From the NCBI GenBank assembly GCA_963805625.1, contig CAWDVE010000010.1:1664001-1728000 (forward strand): a DNA stretch of 64,000 nucleotides, given 5' to 3'. Source of the stretch: an uncultured Candidatus Rokubacteria bacterium (lineage in GTDB: Bacteria; Methylomirabilota; Methylomirabilia; Rokubacteriales; DASRDR01). Numbering within the stretch: position 1 is the stretch's first letter; every line of letters begins with the position of its first letter. Positions 19,897 to 30,022 of this stretch are shown here, in pieces. Under the pieces are notes generated by a model. That model searched no databases and was not told where the DNA came from. It was given only the letters and a program-made list of their open reading frames with translations. Both the position numbers and the translations under genes were made by a program.

Positions 19897-20841
19897 GTGA
19901 CAACCTGGCTGATGCTCATCGTGGCCCTGCCGACCCATCCCTCCAGCCTGCGTGTCCGGGCCTGGCGGAAGCTCCGGGCCCTGGGGGCGGTGGCCCTCAA
20001 GAACTCGGTCTGGGTGCTGCCGTTCAGCCCGGAGCGGCTCGAGCGGCTCCAGTGGCTCACGCAGGAGATCCAGAAGGATCGGGGGGAGGCCACGCTGGTC
20101 CGGGTCGACCGGCTCGAGAACCTGCCCGAGGCCGATGTAGTCCGGCTGTTCCACCAGGCCCGGGAGGCCGACTACCGGGCGCTGGCCACGCGCTACCGCA
20201 CGAGCCTGCGAGGGCTCGGCCGCCGGGCGCGGGGCGTGGCCGCGGGCCGGGCCGCCGACGAGCTGACGCGCCTCGGGCGGGAGCTCGACCGGGTGCGCGA
20301 GCTGGACTTCTTCGAGGCGCCTGGCTACCAGGAGGTGGACCGGCTGCGCGCCACGGCGGACATGCACCTCAGACTCCCGGCCCCTGAGCCGGCCGCCGCC
20401 CCGCTCCCGGACCTTCGCGGCCGCCTGTGGGCCACCCGGCCGCGCCCCCACATCGACCGCCTGGCCTCGGCGTGGCTCATCCGCCGATTCATCGATGCGG
20501 ACGCGCGGTTCCTGTTCGCGCCGCCGGCCGAGTTCCCGGCGGAGGCCGTGCCCTTCGACGTCATGGGGGCGGAGTTCGGCCACCAGGGAGAGGACGTCAC
20601 CTTCGAGACGCTGCTCAAGCGCGGCGGCCTTGACACGTCGCCCCTTCGGACCCTGGCCGAGATCGTTCACGAGGCGGACCTGCGGGACGGCCGGTACGAT
20701 CGGCCCGAGACCGACGGCATCGACCTGGCGGTGCGGGGGCTGGCTGCCGCCATCAAGGACGATCAGGAGCTGCTCGCACAGGCGCTTGCGCTCTTCGACG
20801 GCGTCTACAGCGTGCTGGAGGCGCGGGCGGCCCGCCAGTGA
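19897..20841 (+). CDS. chrB: Chromate-responsive regulator ChrB
   Basis: ChrB_N (RVRAWRKLRALGAVALKNSVWVLP) and ChrB_C (WATRPRPHIDRLASAWLIRRFID). Confidence 0.93.
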   Translation: MTTWLMLIVALPTHPSSLRVRAWRKLRALGAVALKNSVWVLPFSPERLERLQWLTQEIQKDRGEATLVRVDRLENLPEADVVRLFHQAREADYRALATRYRTSLRGLGRRARGVAAGRAADELTRLGRELDRVRELDFFEAPGYQEVDRLRATADMHLRLPAPEPAAAPLPDLRGRLWATRPRPHIDRLASAWLIRRFIDADARFLFAPPAEFPAEAVPFDVMGAEFGHQGEDVTFETLLKRGGLDTSPLRTLAEIVHEADLRDGRYDRPETDGIDLAVRGLAAAIKDDQELLAQALALFDGVYSVLEARAARQ

Positions 20842-20879
20842 CGATGCGCGACATGACAGGGAGACGGAGGACCCCGATC

Positions 20880-21392
20880 ATGCACCAGGAGATCACCCCG
20901 ATACCGGTGAGACCGTGGACGCTGAACGGGCTTTCCGAGCGACTCATCGTCAGCCACTACGAGAACAACTTCGGCGCCGCCGTGCAGGCCCTGAACGCCG
21001 TTCGCGCGGAGCTCGCGGCGCTCGATGCGGGAGCGCCGGGCTACCGGCTCCGCGCCTTGAAGCATGAAGAGCTGACGGCGATGGGCTCCGTGGCGTTGCA
21101 CGAGCTGTACTTCGGGAATCTGGGCGGCGAGGGCAACAAGGTTCCGGCCCAGGTCGGAGGCATCCTCGAGGAGCATTTCGGGAGCGTCAAGGCGTGGCGG
21201 CAGGAGTTCGTGGGGACCGCGCGATCGTTCGCCGGCGGCTCCGGTTGGGTCCTGCTCACCTATTCACGACGGCACAAGCGCCTGTGGAACCAGATCGCTT
21301 CCGATCATTCGCAGGCGGCCGTCGACGCCGCCCCGGTCCTGGCCCTCGACATGTACGAGCACGCGTACCACGCTGCCTCGGAATGCCGATGA
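20880..21392 (+). pseudogene. chrC: ChrC-type Fe/Mn superoxide dismutase, C-terminally truncated
   Basis: LIVSHYENN, LHELYF, GGSGW, DMYEHAYH, then an abrupt AASECR* where the final helices are expected. Confidence 0.75.
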
Positions 21393-22381
21393 CCGACACA
21401 CTGATCCTCTGCCGCTCCGACATCACCGCGCTCGTGCCCCTCGACGACTGCATCGCTGCGATGGAGGATGCGTGGCGAAGGGAGAAGGACGGCACGACGA
21501 TGCCCTCCGGGGTGCTGGGAATCCACGTGCCGTCCGGAGGATTCCACGTCAAGACGGCGTGTCTCGATCGCGACCGCCGCTACTTTGCCGCCAAGCTGAA
21601 CGCGAACTTCCCGGAGAACCGGGCGCGGCACGGGTTGCCGACGATCCAGGGGGTGGTGGGCCTGTTCGACGGCGACGACGGTCGGCTCCTGGCCCTCCTC
21701 GACTCGATGGAGATCACGCGGCTGCGTACGGGAGCCACGACCGCGGTGGCGGCGAAGCACCTGAGCCGTCCCGACGCGTCCAGGGTGGCGCTGTTCGGCT
21801 GTGGCGCACAGGGGCACGTTCAGCTCCAGGCGCTGAGCCGGGTTCGGCCCCTCCGACACGTCGTCGCCTACGATCGCGACCGCCCTGCCGCCGAGCGCCT
21901 CGCCCGCGCCCTGGGACCGGAGCTCGGCCTGGACATCGAGGTGGCGGGGGACGAGATCTTCGACATGGTCCGGACGAGCGACATCGTGGTCACGTGCACG
22001 CCGGCCCGCTCGCCCTTCCTCCGGGCCGAGCACGTGGGCGCGGGGGCGTTCGTCGCGGCGATCGGCGCCGATAGCCCGGACAAGCAGGAGCTGGACGTCG
22101 CACTCCTGGCCGCTGGCCGCGTCGTGGCCGATGCGCTGGAGCAGTGCGCAACCATCGGAGAGCTCCACCACGCGATCGACGCGGGCGTGATGACCCGCGC
22201 GGACGTCCGGGCCGAGCTGGCCGACGTGGTCGCCGGGCGGGCTATCGACCGCGTGGCTTCCGAGCAGATCACGATCTTCGACAGCACGGGGACGGGTCTG
22301 CAGGACGTGGCTGCGGCGGCCCTGGCCTTCGAGCGGGCGGTCGCGGCTGGATGGGGCTATCGGGTGCGGTTCGGGGACTGA
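21389..22381 (+). CDS. Ornithine cyclodeaminase/mu-crystallin (archaeal-type alanine dehydrogenase-like) family protein
   Basis: ITRLRTGA, FGCGAQG, DIVVTCTP, IFDSTGTGLQD. Confidence 0.92.
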   Translation: MTDTLILCRSDITALVPLDDCIAAMEDAWRREKDGTTMPSGVLGIHVPSGGFHVKTACLDRDRRYFAAKLNANFPENRARHGLPTIQGVVGLFDGDDGRLLALLDSMEITRLRTGATTAVAAKHLSRPDASRVALFGCGAQGHVQLQALSRVRPLRHVVAYDRDRPAAERLARALGPELGLDIEVAGDEIFDMVRTSDIVVTCTPARSPFLRAEHVGAGAFVAAIGADSPDKQELDVALLAAGRVVADALEQCATIGELHHAIDAGVMTRADVRAELADVVAGRAIDRVASEQITIFDSTGTGLQDVAAAALAFERAVAAGWGYRVRFGD

Positions 22382-22413
22382 GGCGAACACGATGGACCTG
22401 AGGAGGATGACGC

Positions 22414-22854
22414 ATGCAATGGATCACACGTGAGCGCGCGCGGGTAGACCGCATCGCCTGCCCCTGGCTGATCTCGCGCTTCATCGACCGGGAGCCCCGG
22501 TTCCTGTTCGTGCCGCCGGGCGACGTGATGAGGCTGGCCGAGCGCGAGGGAGCCCTTCCCTTCGACGTGCCCGGCGTCGAACTGGGTCATCACGGGGATC
22601 GGTGCTCGTTCGATGCCTTTCTCGACAGGTACGCCCTGACGGATCCCGCGCTTCTGGCCCTCGCCCGGATCGTCCGAGGCGCGGACACGGAGCAGCGGGC
22701 TCTCACGCCGGAGTCGGCCGGACTCTACGCGGTGGCGACCGGATTCCAGGCGGTCAGCCGGGACGATTTCGAGAACATGGCTCGGCAGTTCCCCGTCTAC
22801 GACGCCCTGTACGCGTTCTGCCAGCGGCAGGTCTCCGGGGAACATCCCCGTTGA
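22414..22854 (+). CDS. chrF: ChrF-like ChrB_C domain protein
   Basis: MQWITRERARVDRIACPWLISRFID...CSFDAF...ARIVRGAD. Confidence 0.85.
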   Translation: MQWITRERARVDRIACPWLISRFIDREPRFLFVPPGDVMRLAEREGALPFDVPGVELGHHGDRCSFDAFLDRYALTDPALLALARIVRGADTEQRALTPESAGLYAVATGFQAVSRDDFENMARQFPVYDALYAFCQRQVSGEHPR

Positions 22855-22885
22855 CGGCCCTCGCGCGCCGCCGTACTTTAACGTC

Positions 22886-24001
22886 ATGTATTTCAAGCAG
22901 ATCCTGAACGAGGACTGTGGCTGTTCGTCCTACATCGTGGCCTCGCGCGCGTCCCGCGAGTGCGCAATCGTGGACCCAGGGCTGGACGTCCAGCCGTATC
23001 TCGACGTCATGAAGGACCGCGGCTTGACGCTGCGCTACATCATCGACACGCATCTGCACGCCGATCACGTCTCCGGCAGCCGACGCCTCTCGGGTGAGAC
23101 CGGCGTGCCGGTCTCGTTGCACGAGTCCGCCGACGTTCTCTTCCCCTTCGAGCGACTACGCGACGGCCAGAAGCTCGAGCTTGGCCCGGTGGTTCTGGAG
23201 GTGATGCACACCCCTGGCCACCGCCCGGAGTCCGTGTCGCTGCTGGTTACGAACCCCCCGCGGAGCCCGCGGCCGTCGATGGTGCTGACGGGCGACTGCC
23301 TGTTCGTGGGCGACGTCGGCCGGCCGGATTTCGGCGGGCCGGACGCGGCCGGACAGCAGTACGAGAGCAGCCGCCGACTGCTCGGTCTCGAGGACTACGT
23401 GGAGGTGTTCCCTGCCCACTTCGAGGGCTCGTGCGGGCGCGGCATGTGTGGCCGGCCGAGCTCGACCATCGGATTCGAGCGGCGCTTCAACCCGATGCTC
23501 CAGCTACCCACGAAGGACGCCTTCATCCGGGAGCTCGTCTCGTCGCGGCCTCCGAGGCCACTGAACATGGATGCCATCATCGCCACCAACCGTGGCGCGG
23601 CGCCGATGAGCTGGGCGATGCTCCGCCATCCGCTTCCGCACGTGCAGGACGTGACGATCGAGCAAGCACGGCCGAAGATGGACCGCGGCGAGTGGTGGGT
23701 GCTCGACGTGCGCGAGGACGAAGAATGGGAGCGCGTCCACATCCCCGGCGCGCACCACATCCCACAGTCGCAGCTGGCCTCGCGCCTGTCGGAGATTCCC
23801 AGCAGCTGCGTGCCGCTGGTGGTCTGCCACAGCGGCATGCGCTCGCACCGGGCAGCCCAGTTCCTCAAGCAGGCAGACTTCCCTCTGGTCTACAGCCTGG
23901 CCGGCGGCACCGCCGGGTGGCACGAGGCGGGCCTACCGGTGGTCACCGGCGACACAGCGCAAACGAGCGTCCGGCTGACGGAGATAGTCGGTCCGCACTG
24001 A
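22886..24001 (+). CDS. MBL-fold hydrolase/persulfide dioxygenase fused to rhodanese
   Basis: DTHLHADH, HTPGH, TGDCLFVGDVGRPD; C-terminal LDVRE...CHSGMRS. Confidence 0.9.
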   Translation: MYFKQILNEDCGCSSYIVASRASRECAIVDPGLDVQPYLDVMKDRGLTLRYIIDTHLHADHVSGSRRLSGETGVPVSLHESADVLFPFERLRDGQKLELGPVVLEVMHTPGHRPESVSLLVTNPPRSPRPSMVLTGDCLFVGDVGRPDFGGPDAAGQQYESSRRLLGLEDYVEVFPAHFEGSCGRGMCGRPSSTIGFERRFNPMLQLPTKDAFIRELVSSRPPRPLNMDAIIATNRGAAPMSWAMLRHPLPHVQDVTIEQARPKMDRGEWWVLDVREDEEWERVHIPGAHHIPQSQLASRLSEIPSSCVPLVVCHSGMRSHRAAQFLKQADFPLVYSLAGGTAGWHEAGLPVVTGDTAQTSVRLTEIVGPH

Positions 24002-24167
24002 CTCGTCCGACGCCTCCGCGGTCCACGCGCGTCCGGCCCTCGGTCCTAAGCGCGAGATGGAGCCTCTTCCGTGAAGAGGTGCGACCCCAGGACGGCTAGC
24101 CGTCGCCGAGCGCTAGCGAGCGCGTAGGATTCACACGCGCGGCGTGAACGCCGCCTGCCTCGCTGCC

Positions 24168-24779
24168 TCAGTGGAAGTCGTAGGATTCCAGCTCGCCGGC
24201 CTTCCGGCCATCGACGAGGACCTCCCAGCGGTTGTTGACCTGGAAATGGGTGATTCGCGGCACGCCTCGCTGGAAGCGGAGCAGATCGACGCCGTTCAAG
24301 GTCTCCATGTCGAAGCTATTGAGCAGGAGCCGGAGCGCATCGGCCGGGTTGAAGTCCTTGCACGAGAACGCGTCGAAGGCCAGGTACAGGTCCTCGTCCC
24401 AGGTGTGGATGGCGCAGTGGCTCTCCGCCCAGACGCCGATGCCCGTGACGCCCGACTCCTCCACCTGTCGCTTCTTGAGCGACTGCCGCATGACGGCGAT
24501 CGGGCTCAGGTTCAGATCGACGCCGGACGCCTCGCCCAGCTCGCTCATCTTCTTCTTGAGCTCGTTCTCGACGTCGTCACAGAACGTCTCGAGCTCGCTG
24601 TTCGCGAACGGATAGCGGCACACGATCGGAGGGATGACGAGGGTCATGTCCAGATTGCGGGCCATGGCCTCGAAGAGAGAGAAGACGGTGTCGGTCGATG
24701 TGAGGTTCCGGCGGTTGTACGTGGACGCGTCCACGATCAGATGCCGCCCAGCAAAGTCGTCAGGACGCGCAGCCATCAT
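24168..24779 (-). CDS. S-adenosylmethionine decarboxylase (SpeD/SpeH)-like pyruvoyl proenzyme with internal insertion
   Basis: GRHLIVD, GVTGIGVWAESHCAIHTW (E|S autocleavage site), DAFSCK; RBS GAGGAGG. Confidence 0.8.
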   Translation of the reverse strand: MMAARPDDFAGRHLIVDASTYNRRNLTSTDTVFSLFEAMARNLDMTLVIPPIVCRYPFANSELETFCDDVENELKKKMSELGEASGVDLNLSPIAVMRQSLKKRQVEESGVTGIGVWAESHCAIHTWDEDLYLAFDAFSCKDFNPADALRLLLNSFDMETLNGVDLLRFQRGVPRITHFQVNNRWEVLVDGRKAGELESYDFH

Positions 24780-25069
24780 CAGAGGCCCCCTCCTCGCGTG
24801 GTGTGCTCTCGGGCGCCTCAGAGCACCACAAGCCGGGGTTTGGCGCAAGCACCCTGCGACGCGACACGGAGCCTCGGGCCCTCGGCACGCCCGGGTCCAC
24901 CGGTGGTAGCCTGACTCGGGTGGCCCGAGGGCAGCCGAAGAGGACCCAGCGGACGGTACGGTAAGGGATCCTCAGACGGCGCGACTCCAACGCGCCGCCG
25001 TCTCGTCGTCAGGATCGGCGGGCGATCTGCCACGGCTCAGGGCGCGGGTCGAGCCGCCACTCGCGCGAG

Positions 25070-25546
25070 CTACGACTTGTGCCCGCCCTTCCTCCGGCCC
25101 TGCTTCATCTCGTGCCGTGTGACCGCCTCGTCGACCGAATGAGACTGCATCAGGTTGACGTCCCGCTTGGCCATCGCCGCCAGCCGCGCGTAGTGACGGT
25201 GGAGCACATCCAGCTCCGCCTCGGAGAGATCCTCGACGTTGACCATCCGGTTGCTCGCCCCGTCGAGCGCGGCCACGATCTCGTTCAGCTTGAGCTGGAG
25301 GGCCAGCGAGTCCTTGTTCTGCGATCGCTGAATGAGGAACACCATCAGAAAGGTCACGACTGTTGTCCCAGTGTTGATCACGAGTTGCCACGTGTCGGAG
25401 TAGTGAAACACGGGACCGGTCATCCCCCACACCACGATGGTCGCGAGTGCGAGGCCGAAGCCCCGCGCGCTTCCGGCGAATCGCGTGATCGTCCGCGCCA
25501 TGGCTTCCAAACGTCGTCCGAGACCACTGGCTCCCGTTCCCGTCAT
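25070..25546 (-). CDS. Low-affinity iron permease (Fet4-like) family protein
   Basis: FHYSDTWQLVINTGTTVVTFLMVFLIQRSQNKDSLALQLKLNEI. Confidence 0.92.
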   Translation of the reverse strand: MTGTGASGLGRRLEAMARTITRFAGSARGFGLALATIVVWGMTGPVFHYSDTWQLVINTGTTVVTFLMVFLIQRSQNKDSLALQLKLNEIVAALDGASNRMVNVEDLSEAELDVLHRHYARLAAMAKRDVNLMQSHSVDEAVTRHEMKQGRRKGGHKS

Positions 25547-25755
25547 CGCCCGTACCTCCACCGGCGAGGCTAGCACGGCGGCTGGACCATCGCGCGGCGG
25601 CGGGCATTCCAGCGCAGCGAAACTCAGCGGGGACGTGGGGCCGCGTGCTCCTGACGGTCCGCGGTGCGCTACACTCGCCCCGGATCCCGAGATGTGGACC
25701 CATTCCCGCATCGGGTCATCGCTGGAGGATCTCCGCTCCGGCGCTCGACTGCTCT

Positions 25756-26238
25756 CACTTCCCTGCTCCCGACGCTCCTGCTCTTTCTCAACGTGGCTCT
25801 CGGCGACCAGGCGAGCGTCGTCTGCCGCGCGTGCGGCTGCCCGCTCGAGGAGCTGGGCTGGACGACGCACCTCGCGTCCGTCCGCGGCTACAAGAAGCTC
25901 ACCGCCGGCGGCATGACATTCTTGGACACCGACCTCATCCGCGTGCTCGAGGAGGTGCTGCCCGCTCGCTTCGGGGAGGGCCGACCGACTACCAGGTCGG
26001 AGGAGGAGGACGGGAATGGTCGGAGCCGACTGCGGCTCCTGGTGCATCCGGCCGTCGGCCCCGTCGAGCCCGCGACCGTCATAGACGTCTTCCTCTCGGC
26101 CATCGGCAGCGGTTCCGGTGCCGAGCAGGTGATGGCGCTCCAGTGGCGACCGCGGGACTCCTGACCGTGGAGCGCGAGGTGCCGCTGGCCATGCCGTCAG
26201 GCAAAGTACTGCACGTCCACCAGGCGCGTCGAGGCTGA
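25756..26238 (+). pseudogene. C-terminal remnant of a phenylacetate-CoA-ligase-like protein, several frameshifts
   Basis: LNVALGD...RACGCPLEELG...GGMTF; GGPTDYQ and SGKVLHVH lie in shifted frames. Confidence 0.5.
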
Positions 26239-26387
26239 TGCCTCAGGCCGCGGGCGTCGGCGATCGCCGACTACCAGACGATGCGCTCCTCGCGTACATG
26301 GCCGCCCGCGTGCGCAGGTCCTGGCGCCGAACCGATGCGAGGTCAGGCAGTGCTCCGGCCGCGTCGGACTGGAGGTCTATCGGAGCG

Positions 26388-26560
26388 TCACGAGGCGCTC
26401 TCCGCCCGGGGCTCGGTCGCCGCGGCGGCGGCGCCCGCCGCGGCCGGTCCCGTCGTTCCCGGCGGCACGAAGACCGTGACCTGCCGGTGGGCGAAGTGGA
26501 TGCCCGCCTCGTCGAACGCCTGCTTGATCCGCTGGTAGGCCTCGCGGAGGATCGTCGCGC
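26388..26560 (-). pseudogene. C-terminal remnant of an MscS mechanosensitive channel
   Basis: ILREAYQRIKQAFDEAGIHFAHRQVTVFVP, with no TM region upstream. Confidence 0.65.
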
Positions 26561-26789
26561 CGCCCGCCAAGATCCGGGCCCCCGGGCGATCCGACCCGGC
26601 CATCCCCCACAATCACGCTGGGCTTGCCCGCGAGCCGGAGTGGTCTGGGGAGAGAGGCGGCCCGGGCCTTGCACCTGGGGGGTGGTCCCTATTTGACCTG
26701 GTACCCGCGCCCCTCCAGGCACACGCCATAGGCCTTGTCGTACTGTGCCCGCGCCGCCTGCTGCTGGGCCCGCGAGTCGGGCTAGCTGC

Positions 26790-28139
26790 TCATTCGAGCA
26801 GCAGCTCGCACACGTCGAGCCACGCCTGGGTGGTGAGGGCCAGGGACTCGACGTCGACGCGCTCGTCGTTGCCATGGAAGCGCGGGGCCATGGCCTCGGC
26901 TGTCAACGTCCGAGAGCACAGCCCGAAGCCGTACGCGACCGTGCCGCGCGCCCGGAAATAGGGCGCGTCGGTGAATCCGACGATCAGGCGGGGGAGAAGC
27001 CGCGCGCCCGGGTAGTGTCGGTCGACGACCCGGCCGAGCACGTCCCAGAGCGGCGTGCCGGTGGGCGACATCGAGGCAGGCTTGGAGAAGAGCGGCTCGA
27101 CCTCGACCTCGTCCGAGAGGTCGGCGAGGGCCTTGTCGAGATGCCGGCGAACCTCGTCATCGCTGTCCCCCGGGACCGTGCGGATGTCGACCTCGACGTC
27201 GACGACGTCCGGAATCACGTTGGTCTTCACGCCTCCCCGGCACTGGTTCGGCGAGAAGGTGGTATGCGTGGACGACCACGCCAACCGGGCCATACCAGGC
27301 GAGAGCCTGGCGATCGCGTCGTCCACCCGCACCGGGTCGATCAGGGCAGCCTTGAGGGCCGGGTCGAGGCTGAGTGTCTCGACGAAGCGCTGCCACAGCT
27401 CGTCCACGTACGGCGCCGGCCGGTAGTCGGCCAGGCGCGCCACCACTTTCGCGGCCTTGACCAGCGCGTTGTCGACCCCGTACGGCATGGAGCCGTGGCC
27501 AGGAGTGCCGCGCACGCGCAGGCGACGCCAGGCCACGCCCTTCTCGCCCACGTGCACGGTGACGTTGAGGCCCTCGCCTCGTGCACCCGTGCTCACCTGA
27601 CCCCCGTTCTCGGTCAGAAGGTAGTCGGCTCGGATGGCGTCCCAGTGCCGGTCACAGACATAGCCGGCGCCGAGGGCGCCGCCCGCCTCCTCATCGGCAC
27701 AGGCCAGGTAGACCAGGGTGCCCCGCGGGCGCCAGCCCCGCTGCGCCAGCGCGCGCAGCACCACGGCCTGCGAGGCGGTGAGGTTCAGCATGTCAATAGC
27801 GCCGCGTCCCCAGACCTCGCCGCTCACCAGCTCGCCGCCGAACGGGTCACGCGTCCAGGTCTTCGGATTGACCGGCACGACATCCGTGTGGCCCATCAGG
27901 CAGAGCGTGGGCGCGGTGGGATCGCTGCCCTCGATGCGCGCGACGAGGCTCGCGCGGCCGGGCGCCCAGGCGGGCTCGTACACCTCGATATCGAGGCCGC
28001 TCCCTTCGAGAAAGCTGCGCAGGACACCAGCAGTGCGCACCTCCTGACCGGAGGCGGTGATGCCGTCGTTCACGCACTGGTTGCGGATGAGCTGCTGCAG
28101 CAGCTCCACCGTCTGCCCGGTGAGTGTGGCATCGGTCAT
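26790..28139 (-). CDS. M20/M25/M40 family metallopeptidase/amidohydrolase
   Basis: GHTDVVP, WGRGAIDM, ADEEAGG, TPGHGSMP, FHGNDER. Confidence 0.93.
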   Translation of the reverse strand: MTDATLTGQTVELLQQLIRNQCVNDGITASGQEVRTAGVLRSFLEGSGLDIEVYEPAWAPGRASLVARIEGSDPTAPTLCLMGHTDVVPVNPKTWTRDPFGGELVSGEVWGRGAIDMLNLTASQAVVLRALAQRGWRPRGTLVYLACADEEAGGALGAGYVCDRHWDAIRADYLLTENGGQVSTGARGEGLNVTVHVGEKGVAWRRLRVRGTPGHGSMPYGVDNALVKAAKVVARLADYRPAPYVDELWQRFVETLSLDPALKAALIDPVRVDDAIARLSPGMARLAWSSTHTTFSPNQCRGGVKTNVIPDVVDVEVDIRTVPGDSDDEVRRHLDKALADLSDEVEVEPLFSKPASMSPTGTPLWDVLGRVVDRHYPGARLLPRLIVGFTDAPYFRARGTVAYGFGLCSRTLTAEAMAPRFHGNDERVDVESLALTTQAWLDVCELLLE

Positions 28140-28286
28140 GGCTCGATCTCCTCGAAGGCGTTCAGGGCGTAGCCGGCCGGGCGCTCCCGGCGGTCAGATC
28201 GAGGATACCCCACACCGTGGATTCCGATCAGGCACCCTTTCCGCGTGCCGACAGACTCGCGGGCGCCACAGCGGGTTCGATCACCC

Positions 28287-28829
28287 TCACGGCCGGCCGT
28301 CCTTCGCCATGACCGGGGTCGGCGCGCCGGATGCTCCGGGGCCGACGCCCAGCCCACGGCGCCCGCTGAGCAACGCCGTGATCTGCTCACGCCGGTAGTT
28401 GAAGATCGCGCCGAGCCGGCGGCGGATCACCAGCGCGTTCAGGACCGCTGCCAAGGGCCCGAGCGGCGGCTCGTAGGCCACGCGGTCATGCACCACGGTC
28501 CCGCCGTCCTCCTCCCAGAATCGGTGCGTGTGATCCCACAAGCGGTACGGGCCCACGAGCTGGACATCGCGGAACCCACGGGGCGGGTCGTACTCGCTAA
28601 TGAGAGATCGCCACCGCATGGGCCACCCCATGACACGGACGCGATAGTCGATCGTGAGGCCCGGCCCCATGACGAGGGGCGGCGAGGTCAGGATCCGGAA
28701 GCCGAGCCAGGGGGGCGTGATGCGGGGCAGGTTGATGGGCTCGGCGAAGAAAGCGAACGTCTCGCCGAGCGCGAGGGGCAGCCACTGGCGGCGTTCCAGC
28801 ACGTAAGGGCGGCTCGAAGCCACGGTCAA
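28287..28829 (-). CDS. SRPBCC family protein
   Basis: FAFFAEPINLPRITPPWL...FRDVQLVGPYRLWDHTHRF...IFNYR; RBS GAGGAGG before TTG. Confidence 0.88.
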   Translation of the reverse strand: MTVASSRPYVLERRQWLPLALGETFAFFAEPINLPRITPPWLGFRILTSPPLVMGPGLTIDYRVRVMGWPMRWRSLISEYDPPRGFRDVQLVGPYRLWDHTHRFWEEDGGTVVHDRVAYEPPLGPLAAVLNALVIRRRLGAIFNYRREQITALLSGRRGLGVGPGASGAPTPVMAKDGRP

Positions 28830-29032
28830 CGGTCCTCCTCATCCCAGACGGCCCCGGCGGCGACGGCGCCCCTCGCGGGCGGCCCCCACGGACCCTGCTG
28901 TGTCTCGATGTGTGGTGCAGTATAACAGTCAAAACGTTCATATCAAGATGGTGACCCTGACACCTGAAAAGTGTCGATCACGACCCGTATCCAGTTGCGC
29001 GAATATCGTCGATGTCCTACAGTCCGTCATGT

Positions 29033-30022
29033 ATGAAACGCTCATCTCGTTCATCCCGGGAGATCCGGGCTCGCCGGGAGAAGCCGGGCCTGGTCACGGC
29101 GTCCATGAGCCCGGTCCGGGCCGCCGCTCTCATCGGCGTGAGCGAGTCCACGCTCAAGCGCTGGGTCGACGCGGGTCATATCCGGGCCGAGAAGACGGCC
29201 GGCGGGCATCGGCGGATCGCCGCCACGGACCTCGTCGCGTTCCTCCGCGCCCGCGGGCGCGCCGTGCCGAGCCTCGAGGCGCTCGGTCTCCTCGCCGGCC
29301 CCCGCCGGCCGCGGTCTCCCGCAGGGAGCCTCTCCCCCGTGGCGCTCGGCGATCTTCTGCTCGCTGGTGACGTCGCGATCGCCCGCCGCCTGCTCCTCGA
29401 CGCCTACGCGGCGGGACGGCCCCTCGACGAGGTCGGGGATGCGATCGTGGCGCCCACGATGACGCGGGTCGGGACGCTCTGGGCCCGCGGCGAGATCGAC
29501 GTTTACCAGGAGCACCTGGCCACGCAGCGCATCTGGTCGCTCCTGCTCGAGCTGCGCGCCTTCGTGCCCGTGCCCGTGGAGCGGGCGCCGATCGCGTTGG
29601 GCGGGGCACCCGAGGGGGATCCGTACGTCGTGCCGGGCCTGACGGTCGAGCTGACGCTCCTCGATCTTGGCTGGCGAGTGTTCAACCTGGGTCCCGAGAC
29701 GCCGATGGCGGCGCTCGCCGTCGCCGTGCGCCAGCACCGGCCGCGGCTCGTGTGGATCTCGATCACGACCCAGCGCACGTCCCCCGCGTTCCTCGAGGGC
29801 TACCCGCAGCTGGTCGACGCCGCGGGCGCCGAGCGCGCGGGCGTGATCGTGGGCGGACAGGGACTAACCGTGGAACTCCAGCACCGGCTCGTGCCTGCCG
29901 CGTTCGGGACGCGGCTCGCGCACCTCAAGGAATTCGCCCGGGCGCTCGTATCCTCGTCCACCCCAACCGAGCGGACACTACGGCCCACGGACACCCGGAA
30001 ACACCCAATGGAGCGAGCATGA
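29033..30022 (+). CDS. MerR-type HTH plus B12-binding regulator (CarH/LitR-like); start at 29033 or 29105
   Basis: IGVSESTLKRWVDAG...KTAGGHRR; W-x9-EH (WARGEIDVYQEH); Rossmann part with NLGPETP, VWISIT, VGGQG. Confidence 0.85.
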   Translation: MKRSSRSSREIRARREKPGLVTASMSPVRAAALIGVSESTLKRWVDAGHIRAEKTAGGHRRIAATDLVAFLRARGRAVPSLEALGLLAGPRRPRSPAGSLSPVALGDLLLAGDVAIARRLLLDAYAAGRPLDEVGDAIVAPTMTRVGTLWARGEIDVYQEHLATQRIWSLLLELRAFVPVPVERAPIALGGAPEGDPYVVPGLTVELTLLDLGWRVFNLGPETPMAALAVAVRQHRPRLVWISITTQRTSPAFLEGYPQLVDAAGAERAGVIVGGQGLTVELQHRLVPAAFGTRLAHLKEFARALVSSSTPTERTLRPTDTRKHPMERA

